This document shows, piece by piece, positions 31,128 to 42,941 of a DNA stretch of 64,000 bases. The notes under the pieces are model-generated. The model made no database searches, was not told the origin of the DNA, and saw only the letters and a program-made list of their open reading frames with translations. Positions within the stretch are counted from its first letter, which is position 1. Each line of letters begins with the position of its first letter. Where the stretch lies: assembly GCA_947624175.1 (NCBI GenBank), contig CANQJD010000002.1, positions 1,170 to 65,169 on the forward strand. Direction: 5' to 3'. The stretch is from an uncultured Bacilli bacterium. Lineage in GTDB: Bacteria; Bacillota_I; Bacilli_A; RF39; UBA660. A program made the translations under genes and the position numbers.

Positions 31128-33638
31128 TTAATTTGATTCTGGAAATTTAGCATTTGTAAACCATTGTCCTTCATTAACTCCATTTTCTATTTTATTTCTT
31201 GTAAAACTACATTGATATTCATTAGAATCTGTAAAATAACAATTTTTACCTAAATAACTATTTTTGGTATCTTCAGCAGTATCTTTTATTATTTTTTCTA
31301 TATTAACTTTGCTAATAAAATAATCGTATTCCATCGCTTGAGAATTAGCCCAAGTATCTTCATGAATTATCTTTTGAAAATCAAAGGTTTTATTTAAGTA
31401 ATTTCTTCCTACTCCTCGATTTATATCATAATTTTTTAAGAATGGATCAGCTAACTCTATTTGTCTAAACATTATATCTCCCATTCCGTTATTATTGGCC
31501 GTAAAGGAACAACCATCATTTTCATTAGTCTTCTTTAAATGAAAATCTAAATTACCACGATAACCTGCTTTTAATACATCAACATTAATTTCCCCACCAT
31601 TAGCTTTCATTTTTATATAAAATTTATGGTTTCCATCTAGTTGAGCTTTTTCAGCTGAACAAGGTTCTTGTTCTCCCGTTTGCATACTTAAACAAGTTTT
31701 AGGTAATTCCATACTTTTAGAAAGTGAAACATAGCAAGTTTTATCCGTAGCTATTGAACTACCATTTACGTTACTTGTAGCTTTAGTAGTACAATTAATT
31801 GATGTTTTGACATTATCTGTATTTACAAAATTAATTTCTTCTGAATCATTTATATTTTTATAAGTAACTTTTAAAACAGCTGGTTGATCTATAAAACGAT
31901 TCTTATAATTTTCTAAATCATTATTTTGAGATAACATTTTATAATTTTCTAATATATCATCATATTTTTGTAGTTGAACTGTTAGTCCCGCTGCTTCTTT
32001 ACTTTCAGGTTCTGCTTGATTTAAAGCTCTAACTATTCGTTGATATTCTTTATTAAATTTTTCATTATCAAATTTATAACGGCATATCATATTAGTACTT
32101 ATGTCAATAGCACTTGGAAAACCTAAACCTGATAATAAATCAAACTTAGTTACACCATCATTTTGATTGTTTATTTTAACGGCTACTCTATAACCATTTT
32201 TATAATTTCCTTTTTCATCATTATATCCTTCATAGCAAATTCTTGAATAGAATGAATATTCATCACTATCATCTCCACCTCTTATGGTATCAGCTGTTTT
32301 ACTATCAGAACAAGATTCTAGAGTTGTACTATTAGGAATCCAATATACTTCTGGATTATCTTTTATAGTAAATGTTTTTAGTTCTCCATCTTCAGCTGTA
32401 TAATTTAAAGTAAAGTTTTCATTAGTTTTATGCCAAAATTCTTCCAAACCATCTGCCATTCCAGCTTTTGGATCAGCATAAGGATCTATTTCTATTTCAA
32501 AAACAGGACTTACATATCCTTTTTCATCAATAGTAGGAATATCAAATCTTTTATATCTTCCTGATTCATCAGTTAAATAAAACTCATCACCTATTTTATC
32601 ACTTATACCACCTGTAACTGTTGATGAATTATAATACAAATCATCTTTTATAGCTTGTAATATCTGATTAAACTCAGTAGTATAATTATTTTTATCAGCT
32701 GCATCAGCAAAAATAGGAGCAACCTTTTTCATATATATTAAATCGCAAGCCCGATAACTTTTTCCTCGACAATCTACAACATAATTATTCTTACTATTTA
32801 CATTACCACCATAATTTTTCGTAGCACCATTATAATGAACTCCAAATCTAGTAACATCTAATGCATCAAAAAGATCTAAATAATGTTCAACAGAATTATT
32901 ACCATGTTTTGACTTTCTCCATCTAGTTGTACAATTATTTTTATTTCCTCCATTACCTTCACCATTACAAGTACTACTAGGATAATCTAAATAATATCTT
33001 CCATCTCCAAAAACTACTATATATTTTTTTCCTTCAACTGATTTTATCATATCATATGCTTTGCTTAACCCTTTTTCAAGATGGGAAGATAAACCGAAAT
33101 CACCACTTGCACTAGTAATAGGAGAATTCATTAAATTTCTACTTTTTTTTGCAGATGATGCGAATTGAACAAGTCCAACATAAAAATTATCATTATCTTG
33201 GGTTAAACTTTTTGAAAAGCTTTTAATTGCTGAAACAGCTGCACTTTTATTAGACATAGTTTTAGATTTATCAAAGACAATTACAACATTTACTCGCCCA
33301 TTTATTGCCTTTTGTTGAGAAACATTACTACCATTAAGTTTAAACTGAACAGTATAATGTCCTAAAGTATCAGTCTTTTTAACAATTTTAGTAAGTTCAA
33401 AGTGTCCACCATCACTTAATGTCTCATTATAAGTTATATCAACTTCAACAACTTTTCCATTTTCAGAAATTGCATTACAATGAACTTTTTCACCATTGCT
33501 TATATGTTGAGGACATCTTAAATCTCCTTTTTGATATTCTGTCTCATCAGCTTTTATATCTTTATTATTCAATAAAACAATTAAACTTATAGGTATAATA
33601 ATTATTAATAATTTAATTGCTTTTTTTAATATCTTCAT
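31128..33638 (-). CDS. Large secreted VWA-domain protein (836 aa), paralog of 28683..31109
   Basis: Signal peptide (...DIKADETEY), VWA motifs VVIVFDKSKT and YIVVFGDGRY, conserved C-terminal block (QIEL.DPFLK.YDINRGVG.NYLN...). Confidence 0.7.
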   Translation of the reverse strand: MKILKKAIKLLIIIIPISLIVLLNNKDIKADETEYQKGDLRCPQHISNGEKVHCNAISENGKVVEVDITYNETLSDGGHFELTKIVKKTDTLGHYTVQFKLNGSNVSQQKAINGRVNVVIVFDKSKTMSNKSAAVSAIKSFSKSLTQDNDNFYVGLVQFASSAKKSRNLMNSPITSASGDFGLSSHLEKGLSKAYDMIKSVEGKKYIVVFGDGRYYLDYPSSTCNGEGNGGNKNNCTTRWRKSKHGNNSVEHYLDLFDALDVTRFGVHYNGATKNYGGNVNSKNNYVVDCRGKSYRACDLIYMKKVAPIFADAADKNNYTTEFNQILQAIKDDLYYNSSTVTGGISDKIGDEFYLTDESGRYKRFDIPTIDEKGYVSPVFEIEIDPYADPKAGMADGLEEFWHKTNENFTLNYTAEDGELKTFTIKDNPEVYWIPNSTTLESCSDSKTADTIRGGDDSDEYSFYSRICYEGYNDEKGNYKNGYRVAVKINNQNDGVTKFDLLSGLGFPSAIDISTNMICRYKFDNEKFNKEYQRIVRALNQAEPESKEAAGLTVQLQKYDDILENYKMLSQNNDLENYKNRFIDQPAVLKVTYKNINDSEEINFVNTDNVKTSINCTTKATSNVNGSSIATDKTCYVSLSKSMELPKTCLSMQTGEQEPCSAEKAQLDGNHKFYIKMKANGGEINVDVLKAGYRGNLDFHLKKTNENDGCSFTANNNGMGDIMFRQIELADPFLKNYDINRGVGRNYLNKTFDFQKIIHEDTWANSQAMEYDYFISKVNIEKIIKDTAEDTKNSYLGKNCYFTDSNEYQCSFTRNKIENGVNEGQWFTNAKFPESN

Positions 33639-33647
33639 GAACTCCTC

Positions 33648-34304
33648 CTAAAAATCATCAGTTTTCTTTTTTCTTTTTACAATTAAAACTATAATGGTAA
33701 TTAATACAACAATTCCTACTAATCCACCAATTATATACCATAATAAATTATTAGTAATTTTTGAAGTTATACTATCTTCTTTTAAATACTCATCAAATTC
33801 TTTATCTATTTCTTTAAAGTCTATATCTTCAACGTTCATAAATTCTTTACAATATTCAAAATCTGGATTAGCATCACATTTTTCTTTGTTAAAATAATAA
33901 TAATCATTATAACTTGGAAAATTTACTGTATAAGTTTTTAATAACCTTTCTGTACATAAGTTATTAGTATAAGAATAAATTTTAAAGTCTACTTTACTAT
34001 TTTCTGAAAAAATATCTTCAAATTCAGAAGTTGAAGTTAATTCAATTGGATCAGATTCTGAATCTAATTGATAAATAATTTTTAAATCTGGATCAAAATT
34101 AATAAATTTAGCACTATACTCAAGATATAAACTTTTATTTTCATCATCAACATCCATTTCATAACTTGTTTGAATTTTAAAGTTTTTAGCTAATTCTCTT
34201 AATCTTTCCATTTCAGTATTAGTACAAGATTGTATAGCATTAACCTGTAAGTTTACTAAAAAAGTAATTATAAATAATAACCCTAAATATATTTTTCTTT
34301 TCAT
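33648..34304 (-). CDS. Cys-containing type I membrane protein (paralog a; 218 aa)
   Basis: Signal peptide (...NLQVNA), conserved Cys pattern shared with paralog b, C-terminal TM (YIIGGLVGIVVLITIIVLIV) plus KRKKKTDDF. First gene of the operon. Confidence 0.5.
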   Translation of the reverse strand: MKRKIYLGLLFIITFLVNLQVNAIQSCTNTEMERLRELAKNFKIQTSYEMDVDDENKSLYLEYSAKFINFDPDLKIIYQLDSESDPIELTSTSEFEDIFSENSKVDFKIYSYTNNLCTERLLKTYTVNFPSYNDYYYFNKEKCDANPDFEYCKEFMNVEDIDFKEIDKEFDEYLKEDSITSKITNNLLWYIIGGLVGIVVLITIIVLIVKRKKKTDDF

Positions 34305-34327
34305 AATCCTCCTTATTATCTATAAAA

Positions 34328-34356
34328 ATTATAACAAAAATTTTTTTTATTTACAA
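34328..34356 (-). promoter_or_regulatory. Candidate sigma-A promoter of the VWA/Tad-like operon
   Basis: Minus strand reads TTGTAA - 16 nt - TGtTATAAT (extended -10), followed by AGGAGG and the MKRKIY start at 34304. Confidence 0.4.
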
Positions 34357-34395
34357 TATCTTTTACTTATGTTATTATATTTTTTGAGGTGTTTT

Positions 34396-34788
34396 ATGAA
34401 AAAATTTATATTAGTAATTACAATTTTACTATTAACTTGTGCTTGTTCTAATAGTCTTAAAAGTATTAAAATTGATAATTTAGAAAAAAAATTAAATAAT
34501 AAGGAAAGTTTTGTATTATGTTTAATTAATGATGAAGAGGAAGGATTAACTTTGAAAAAAACTTTAGGAAAAGTTATTAAAGATAAAAAAATAGATTCAT
34601 TTTTTATCAATACAGACAAATTAAACGATAATGATGAAGAAAAACTTGAAAATTTATTTACTTATGAAGATTCTAATATTATTATCTTTATAAAGAAAGG
34701 TCAAGAAAATTCGGTTTTATCAAGAATAACTGATCCTTTTATAAATGAAAAAGACTTACAGAAAGAATTAGAAGAACAAGGATACTAA
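34396..34788 (+). CDS. Hypothetical lipoprotein
   Basis: Start taken at MKKFILVITILLLTCACSNS (lipobox LLTC-A-C) within the longer track ORF 34369..34788; GAGGTG RBS. Confidence 0.5.
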   Translation: MKKFILVITILLLTCACSNSLKSIKIDNLEKKLNNKESFVLCLINDEEEGLTLKKTLGKVIKDKKIDSFFINTDKLNDNDEEKLENLFTYEDSNIIIFIKKGQENSVLSRITDPFINEKDLQKELEEQGY

Positions 34789-34791
34789 AAG

Positions 34792-34830
34792 AGACTATCA
34801 AGAAGTTATATATTTCTTGATAGTCTTTTT
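34792..34830. terminator. Bidirectional rho-independent terminator between the lipoprotein gene and dnaJ
   Basis: Perfect 13-bp stem AGACTATCAAGAA / TTCTTGATAGTCT with a 9-nt loop, flanked by an A-run and a T-run. Confidence 0.65.
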
Positions 34831-34844
34831 AAATACGATTTTTT

Positions 34845-35960
34845 CTATTTCTTGTTAACAAACTTTGTAAATTTTTCAAACGTTGAATTTTCTAAATTAG
34901 TACTACTTAACTTTTCAAATAAATTCTTTTGTTCTCTTGATAATTTATCTGGTAGGACTACTTCAAATATAATATACATATCCCCTGTTCTTCCAGTAGA
35001 TGCATTTTTAATTCCTTTACCTTTAATTCTTTGTTTATCACCTGTATTAGTTCCACCTTTAATATTTAAGGTTACAACCGAATCAAGTGTTCTAATATCT
35101 TTTTTACAACCTAAAACGGCATCGGTTATTGTAATTGGAACATTTAAGTAAATATCATCATTTTCTCTTTTAAAGAATGGGTGAGTTGCAACTTGAAATT
35201 CTAAATACAAGTCACCGGCTGGTCCACCATTAGTACCAGCTTCTCCTTTGCCGCTTACTCGAAGACGCATTCCCGTATCAATTCCACTTGGAACTTTAAC
35301 CGTGATTGTTCGATTTTTTCTAATTACACCTTTGCCACCACAAGTTGAGCAACGTCTTTTAAAAGTTTTACCAGTTCCACCACAGTTTGAACAAGTAGTT
35401 TTAGAAAGGAAAGAACCAAAGATTGTATGTTGTTCACTGGTAATCGTTCCACTTCCATGGCAAACATCACAAGTTTCTTCATCATGACCACCTTTACCAT
35501 CACAGTCAGGACAAGATATGCTAGTATCGATTTTAACATCTTTCTCGCATCCGAATACGGCTTCTTCGAAGGTTAAATTCATATGGTATAAAACATCGTC
35601 ACCACGACTTCTGGAATTTTTCTTTCTGCTACCCGAAAAACCAAAGCCTCCTCCAAACATATTACCTAAGATATCATCTAAATCAACATCAAAGCCCGAA
35701 AAATCAAAACCTCCGAATCCGCCACCAGCCCCATTATTATCAAAGGCGGCATGACCAAATTGATCATATTGTTTTCTTTTGGCTGGATCAGATAAAACGG
35801 CATAAGCTTCTTGAGCCTCTTTAAATTTTTCCTCAGCATCTGGTTCTTTACTTATATCAGGATGATACTTTTTAGCAAGTTTTCTAAAAGCACTTTTAAT
35901 TTCATCATCAGTTGCACTTTTACTAACTCCTAAAACTTCATAATAATCTCTTTTATTCAT
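34845..35960 (-). CDS. dnaJ: Chaperone DnaJ
   Basis: J-domain (DYYEVLGV...HPD), G/F-rich linker, four CxxCxGxG zinc-finger repeats. Confidence 0.9.
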   Translation of the reverse strand: MNKRDYYEVLGVSKSATDDEIKSAFRKLAKKYHPDISKEPDAEEKFKEAQEAYAVLSDPAKRKQYDQFGHAAFDNNGAGGGFGGFDFSGFDVDLDDILGNMFGGGFGFSGSRKKNSRSRGDDVLYHMNLTFEEAVFGCEKDVKIDTSISCPDCDGKGGHDEETCDVCHGSGTITSEQHTIFGSFLSKTTCSNCGGTGKTFKRRCSTCGGKGVIRKNRTITVKVPSGIDTGMRLRVSGKGEAGTNGGPAGDLYLEFQVATHPFFKRENDDIYLNVPITITDAVLGCKKDIRTLDSVVTLNIKGGTNTGDKQRIKGKGIKNASTGRTGDMYIIFEVVLPDKLSREQKNLFEKLSSTNLENSTFEKFTKFVNKK

Positions 35961-35969
35961 AACTACAAC

Positions 35970-37763
35970 CTACTTTCTATAAATTTCTTGAAACTCCTCG
36001 ATTGCCTCTTTAAACATCATAATAGCATCTTCAATAAATTTAGGATTTTTAATATCAACATCACAGACTAATAACTCATCAGCTGGATCCATTGAACCAC
36101 CAGTTTTTAAGAATGATAAATATTTTGAAACAGCTTCCTCTCCTTTAGTTTCTATATCATGAACTATCTTACAAGCAGCAGATAAGCCTATTGCATATTT
36201 ATAAACATAGAAGTTATAGTAGAAATGTGGTATTCTCATCCATTCATATTTAATTAAATCATCACATACTACCCCTTCTCCAAAATAATCTTTAACTAAT
36301 TTATAGTATGCTTGACTTAAATATTCGTTTGTTAAGATTGTTCCCTCTTCAGAGTCCTCTGCCATCTCTTTTTCAAATTCTGCAAACATGGTTTGTCTAT
36401 AGATAGTTCCTTTAAATAATTCTAATAATTTATTAAGTAAAAATAACTTTTCTTTTTTATCATCGGTTTTCTTAAGCAAATATTTAACTAAAATTAATTC
36501 ATTAACGGTTGATGCAACTTCAGCAACAAAGATTTGATAACTTGATGTGTTAAATGGATTATTCTCACAAGAATATAAAGTATGCATTGAATGTCCTAGT
36601 TCATGAGCAAGTGTTGTTACATCATTATAAGTACCTTCAAAGTTTAAAAGGATATAAGGGTTAGTATCATAGAAACCACTTGAATAAGCTCCTCCTCTTT
36701 TACCTTGATTATTATAAATATCAATAAATCTTTCTTTAAAAGCTTTTTCTAGTTTTTGATGATAATCATCACCTAAAACACTTAATCCTTCAAGAACGAT
36801 ATCTTTAGCTTCATCGAATGTATACTTTTTATCAACTTCGCTTACCATACTAGCATATACATCATATAAATGAAGTTCATCTAAACCTAAAACTTCCTTT
36901 TTTAAGGCATAATAATCATATAAGGTATCTAAATTCTTTCTTACAGTTTTAATTAGATTATCATAAACTTCAACTTGAATATTATCAGCATATAAACTAG
37001 ACTCAATACTTGAATTATAATTTCTTAATTTAGCAAGTTTGGAGTTAACTTCTATATTATATTTAAAAGTATTAGCAATGGTATTTTTATACTTACTATA
37101 AGTATTAAACAAAATATCAAAGGCTTGTTTTCGAACTTCTCTATTACTTGATTCAATGAAAGTTGAATAATTACTTTCCGTGAATTCAATTTCTTCTCCA
37201 TCAACATTGATGTTTCCAAATTTCATATCCGAGTCCGTCAATGCTTCATAGATATCTTCGCTGGCTCCCAAGGAATCGCCTAAAGTTGAAAGAATTTTTT
37301 CTTCATCTTCACTTAAAGTATGACTTTTAAAACGATATAAACGTTCTAAATTATATTTATACTTTAGTAATTTAGGTTCATCCTTATAAAATTTTTCAAT
37401 TGTTTGATAATCCCCTTTTAATAATTCAGGGTCAACAAATGATGACATTGAAGATGATTCAACCATAAGTTTCGTTACTAAACCTACTAATTCTTGACTT
37501 TTCGTATTGGTCGTATCAACATCAAAACTTAAATGAGCATAGTAATATAATTTATAAAGTTTTCTATCTAGTTTATCAGTTAGTTCTAAAAATTCAAGTA
37601 ATGTTTTAGCATCTTTAAGTAATTTTCCTTTATAATTTAAGATTTCTTTTTGTTCTTCTTTTAATGAGTTATAATCTTTCATAAATAGATCTTCATTTTT
37701 ATAAATTACTTCTAAATCCCACGTATCTTTTTTAGCTATTTCACTTCGTAATTTTTGTTTCAC
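35970..37763 (-). CDS. pepF: Oligoendopeptidase F (M3B family)
   Basis: HELGH zinc motif (LAHELGHSMH) in a roughly 600-aa protein with PepF-like architecture; located between dnaK and dnaJ. Confidence 0.8.
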   Translation of the reverse strand: MKQKLRSEIAKKDTWDLEVIYKNEDLFMKDYNSLKEEQKEILNYKGKLLKDAKTLLEFLELTDKLDRKLYKLYYYAHLSFDVDTTNTKSQELVGLVTKLMVESSSMSSFVDPELLKGDYQTIEKFYKDEPKLLKYKYNLERLYRFKSHTLSEDEEKILSTLGDSLGASEDIYEALTDSDMKFGNINVDGEEIEFTESNYSTFIESSNREVRKQAFDILFNTYSKYKNTIANTFKYNIEVNSKLAKLRNYNSSIESSLYADNIQVEVYDNLIKTVRKNLDTLYDYYALKKEVLGLDELHLYDVYASMVSEVDKKYTFDEAKDIVLEGLSVLGDDYHQKLEKAFKERFIDIYNNQGKRGGAYSSGFYDTNPYILLNFEGTYNDVTTLAHELGHSMHTLYSCENNPFNTSSYQIFVAEVASTVNELILVKYLLKKTDDKKEKLFLLNKLLELFKGTIYRQTMFAEFEKEMAEDSEEGTILTNEYLSQAYYKLVKDYFGEGVVCDDLIKYEWMRIPHFYYNFYVYKYAIGLSAACKIVHDIETKGEEAVSKYLSFLKTGGSMDPADELLVCDVDIKNPKFIEDAIMMFKEAIEEFQEIYRK

Positions 37764-37819
37764 ATTTTTCTCCTTTTAATCACTAGAAAGTCCTAGACTT
37801 CTAGGACTTCTTTATTTAA

Positions 37820-39652
<1,833 letters not shown>

Positions 39653-39656
39653 TCAA

Positions 39657-39872
39657 TTATCTAACCATTGATTTCGTATATGTAGGAATTATATCTAATT
39701 TTGTATTTTTTAAATTTGTAGCAATAACATGTAATACTTTTCTCTTTGTTTCCGTATCTAAAGTATTATAAACTTTTAAATACTTATCTCTATCTTCAAC
39801 ATTTTGACTTATAACATATTCTTGATATAAATCAGCACATCTATAAATTATAGCATCTTCACCTATATTCAT
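39657..39872 (-). CDS. Small hypothetical protein embedded between grpE and dnaK
   Basis: 71-aa ORF whose start overlaps the grpE stop. No motif. Confidence 0.35.
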   Translation of the reverse strand: MNIGEDAIIYRCADLYQEYVISQNVEDRDKYLKVYNTLDTETKRKVLHVIATNLKNTKLDIIPTYTKSMVR

Positions 39873-40444
39873 TATTCACTCACCTTTACTAAAGCCGGAC
39901 GCAACATCCTATCCTTTAGCATATATCCTTTCTGTAAAATTTCAACTACTACTCCAGCCTTAACTCCTTCTACTTTAACGGTCATTAAAGCTTGAGCAAT
40001 ATTTGGGTCAAACTCTTTATTTAAGCAATCGATTTCCGTTACCTCAAATTTCTTTAATAGTTCTACTAAATGTGAATATATCATTTTAAAACCATCTAAG
40101 AATTTTGATAACGTATCATCTAAATTACTATCATCAAGTTTAATAGCCCTTTCAAAATTATCAACAATCGGTAAAAGTTCTAACACAACTTCACTATTAG
40201 AGTACTTTAACATATTAGAAACTTCTAACTCTTTTCTTTTCTTGTAATTAGCAAATTCAGCTTGACTATATAAAACTTTATTAAGTAACTCTTCATTTTT
40301 CTTCTTTAATTCAATAATTTCTAATTCTTTCTTATTATCTTTTTTAAATACTTTTTTTTCTTCTTTATTACATTTTGTATTATTTTCATCTTTTAATTCA
40401 GTTTTTTCTACTTTTTTATCTTTCTTTTTTAATTCTTCTTCCAT
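39872..40444 (-). CDS. grpE: Nucleotide exchange factor GrpE
   Basis: Coiled N-terminus then GrpE core (...NYKKR.E.E......ELLPIVDNFERA...). Position between hrcA and dnaK. Confidence 0.85.
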   Translation of the reverse strand: MEEELKKKDKKVEKTELKDENNTKCNKEEKKVFKKDNKKELEIIELKKKNEELLNKVLYSQAEFANYKKRKELEVSNMLKYSNSEVVLELLPIVDNFERAIKLDDSNLDDTLSKFLDGFKMIYSHLVELLKKFEVTEIDCLNKEFDPNIAQALMTVKVEGVKAGVVVEILQKGYMLKDRMLRPALVKVSE

Positions 40445-41431
40445 TTAATCACCCTCAATCTGTTTTTTAATGTAATCAAGTAAATTTACTACTCTATCAT
40501 AATCCATTCTTTTTGGACCAACAATCGCAATCGTACCTTCATCTTTATGAGTTTTATAGTTTGTTTTAATAACTGTAACATCAGGATCCATTTTATTTTC
40601 ATGACCAATATAAATATTAATATTATTATCTTTTTCCTCAATGTTTTCTAACATATTTTTATCATCAAGTTTTGAAAATATATCATTTATCTTTTCAACA
40701 TCATTAAATTCTTGATGTTTTAAAATATTATTTTTACCGACAACACTTACATTCTTACTTGAAATATCTGTAAATACATCATAGAAAGCATTATATAATA
40801 TTTCATGTTGCTTTACATATTTGGCTATAACTGGTTTAATTTCAAACTCTAACTTAGCACTTACTTCATCAATTGGAGTACCAACAATTAAATCATTGAT
40901 TAGTTTCACAGTTTTTTTAACTTCTTCTAAACTTACTCCTGAAACTTTCATGGTCTTATTTTCAACAATCCCTTGGTCAGTTACAACAATTGCTACTAGA
41001 ACTTCATTGTTAACTGGAACAACATTGATTTCTTTTAATTTGTTATCATGACTCTTAGTATCTAAAACTATACTAGTATATGAGGTAATATCCGAAATAA
41101 TTTCTAAACTTCGATTTAAAACATCACTTAACTCAAGTCCACTATTATTGAAGACTGTTTGTAACTTATAAACTTCTTCCCCACTTAACTCTTTTAATTC
41201 CATTAAGTTATCAACATAATAACGATAACCTTTTTCACTTGGAACCCTACCAGATGAGGTATGAGTTTTTTCTAGTAAGCCTAATTCTTCTAATTGCATC
41301 ATTTCATTTCGAACTGTTGCACTTGAACAATTAAGTTTATCACAGATTAACTTTGAACCAACTGGTTTAGCAAGTTTTATATACTCGGTTACAATCATTT
41401 TTAAAATACTTTCTTGCCTTTTGGTTAACAT
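40445..41431 (-). CDS. hrcA: Heat-inducible transcription repressor HrcA
   Basis: N-terminal wHTH (LTKRQESILKMIVTEYI..AKPVGSK), HrcA-sized protein, CIRCE elements upstream. Confidence 0.85.
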   Translation of the reverse strand: MLTKRQESILKMIVTEYIKLAKPVGSKLICDKLNCSSATVRNEMMQLEELGLLEKTHTSSGRVPSEKGYRYYVDNLMELKELSGEEVYKLQTVFNNSGLELSDVLNRSLEIISDITSYTSIVLDTKSHDNKLKEINVVPVNNEVLVAIVVTDQGIVENKTMKVSGVSLEEVKKTVKLINDLIVGTPIDEVSAKLEFEIKPVIAKYVKQHEILYNAFYDVFTDISSKNVSVVGKNNILKHQEFNDVEKINDIFSKLDDKNMLENIEEKDNNINIYIGHENKMDPDVTVIKTNYKTHKDEGTIAIVGPKRMDYDRVVNLLDYIKKQIEGD

Positions 41432-41440
41432 ACAACCCTC

Positions 41441-41467
41441 CTAGCACTCTAATTTCTCGATTGCTAA
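41441..41467. promoter_or_regulatory. CIRCE element (imperfect) in the hrcA leader
   Basis: cTAGCACTC-N9-GAtTGCTAA; one mismatch per arm against TTAGCACTC-N9-GAGTGCTAA. Confidence 0.55.
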
Positions 41468-41487
41468 CTACCATTATAATATTATGT

Positions 41488-41515
41488 TTAGCACTTGTCA
41501 ATATATGAGTGCTAA
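41488..41515. promoter_or_regulatory. CIRCE element (near-consensus) at the hrcA promoter
   Basis: TTAGCACTt-gtcaatata-tGAGTGCTAA. A TATAAT hexamer sits between the two CIRCE copies at 41474-41479 on the plus strand (see findings for the strand caveat). Confidence 0.8.
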
Positions 41516-41556
41516 TTTTTTTAAATTTTTTCCACCTAAAAAGAGAAAAACTCTCG

Positions 41557-42849
41557 TTATTCTCCTACTACTTCTTTTTTAGCATCTGCAAATAACCTTG
41601 TCATAGTTGGATTATTATTTGTTAATTTTTTAATTGTTAATTCCGATGCTTTATCATTAGCAAGTCTTAAGTTATTTTCACTATTAAGTAAATCCTCTTT
41701 AGTTTTTTGAAGCATATTAATTGTTTTATCAATTTCTTCAATAGCTTTTTTAAATCTTTCACTTGCAAGTCGATAATTTCTTCCAAATCCTTCTTTAAAT
41801 TTATTCATATTATCTTCAAAATGCGATATATCAATATTTTGATTTTTAATTACTTCTAATTCTTTTTTATAATTTAATGCCTTTAAAGCACTACTTCTAA
41901 TAAGTGTAATTAAGGGTATAAAAAACTGTGGTCTTATAACATACATTTTTTCATATTTATGTGAAACATCAACAATTCCAGAATTATAGTATTCATTATC
42001 AATTTCAAGAAGAGAAACTAAAACTGCATATTCACACCCCTTCTCTTTTCGATCTTTATCTAGTTCCTTAAAGAAATCTTCATTCTTATGTTTAGTTGCT
42101 GTTGTATCTCCTTCATTTTTCATTTCAAACATAATTGAAACAATCTCTACCTTTTCATCATCATAATCTCGATAAATAAAATCTCCTTTAGAACCTGTTT
42201 TTATATCATTATCTTTTTCAAAATAAGCATTCTTAAACAGTGGTCTTAATTTATTAAACTCGGTATTACAATGTTGTTCTAATGATTCCCCTATCATCTT
42301 TGTTGATTGTCTTGCTTTAAAATCTTTATAATAAGCAATTTGTTCATCTTTGTTTTTTATTTTTTCTTCATAACTTTCTTTTAAACTCTTTTCTTTAATT
42401 AAATATTCTTGATTATTAATAACTAATTTATTATTTAAAGCATCTATTTCTTTATCTTTTTCATTAGTAGCTTTATTAATCGCTAACTCCATCTCGGTAT
42501 CTTTAATTTTAATTTTACTTTTTAATTCGCTTATTTCAAGTTCTTTCTTGTTTAATTCATCAGTATAAGTTTTTTCTAAATCATTCTTTGTTTTTTCCTC
42601 TTTTATTTTTAATTCATTTTTAAGTTCGGTTATTTCAATCTCTTTCTTATTTAAACTCTCTTGTAAAGTATTTTCAAAATTAACTTCAGCTAATTTTAAA
42701 GCATTCTCTTTTTCTTTAGCATACATCTCTTCTCGATTCTTAATTTCTTTTGTAAATTCTTCATCTCTTATTTGTTTAACAATATTTTCATAATCCGTTT
42801 CACTTATTGTAAAAACTGTTCCACATTTTGGGCATTTAATTTCATTCAT
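41557..42849 (-). CDS. DUF2130-family protein (N-terminal zinc ribbon, long coiled coil)
   Basis: [25 protein letters not shown]-terminus typical of DUF2130, then extensive coiled coil. Confidence 0.55.
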   Translation of the reverse strand: MNEIKCPKCGTVFTISETDYENIVKQIRDEEFTKEIKNREEMYAKEKENALKLAEVNFENTLQESLNKKEIEITELKNELKIKEEKTKNDLEKTYTDELNKKELEISELKSKIKIKDTEMELAINKATNEKDKEIDALNNKLVINNQEYLIKEKSLKESYEEKIKNKDEQIAYYKDFKARQSTKMIGESLEQHCNTEFNKLRPLFKNAYFEKDNDIKTGSKGDFIYRDYDDEKVEIVSIMFEMKNEGDTTATKHKNEDFFKELDKDRKEKGCEYAVLVSLLEIDNEYYNSGIVDVSHKYEKMYVIRPQFFIPLITLIRSSALKALNYKKELEVIKNQNIDISHFEDNMNKFKEGFGRNYRLASERFKKAIEEIDKTINMLQKTKEDLLNSENNLRLANDKASELTIKKLTNNNPTMTRLFADAKKEVVGE

Positions 42850-42941
42850 AGCTAACCCTCCTATCTCATAATATCATGAAATTAAATTTTTTACTAGTTT
42901 TTCACCAAAAAATATGATATAGTTTAAGAAAGGAGATTGAT

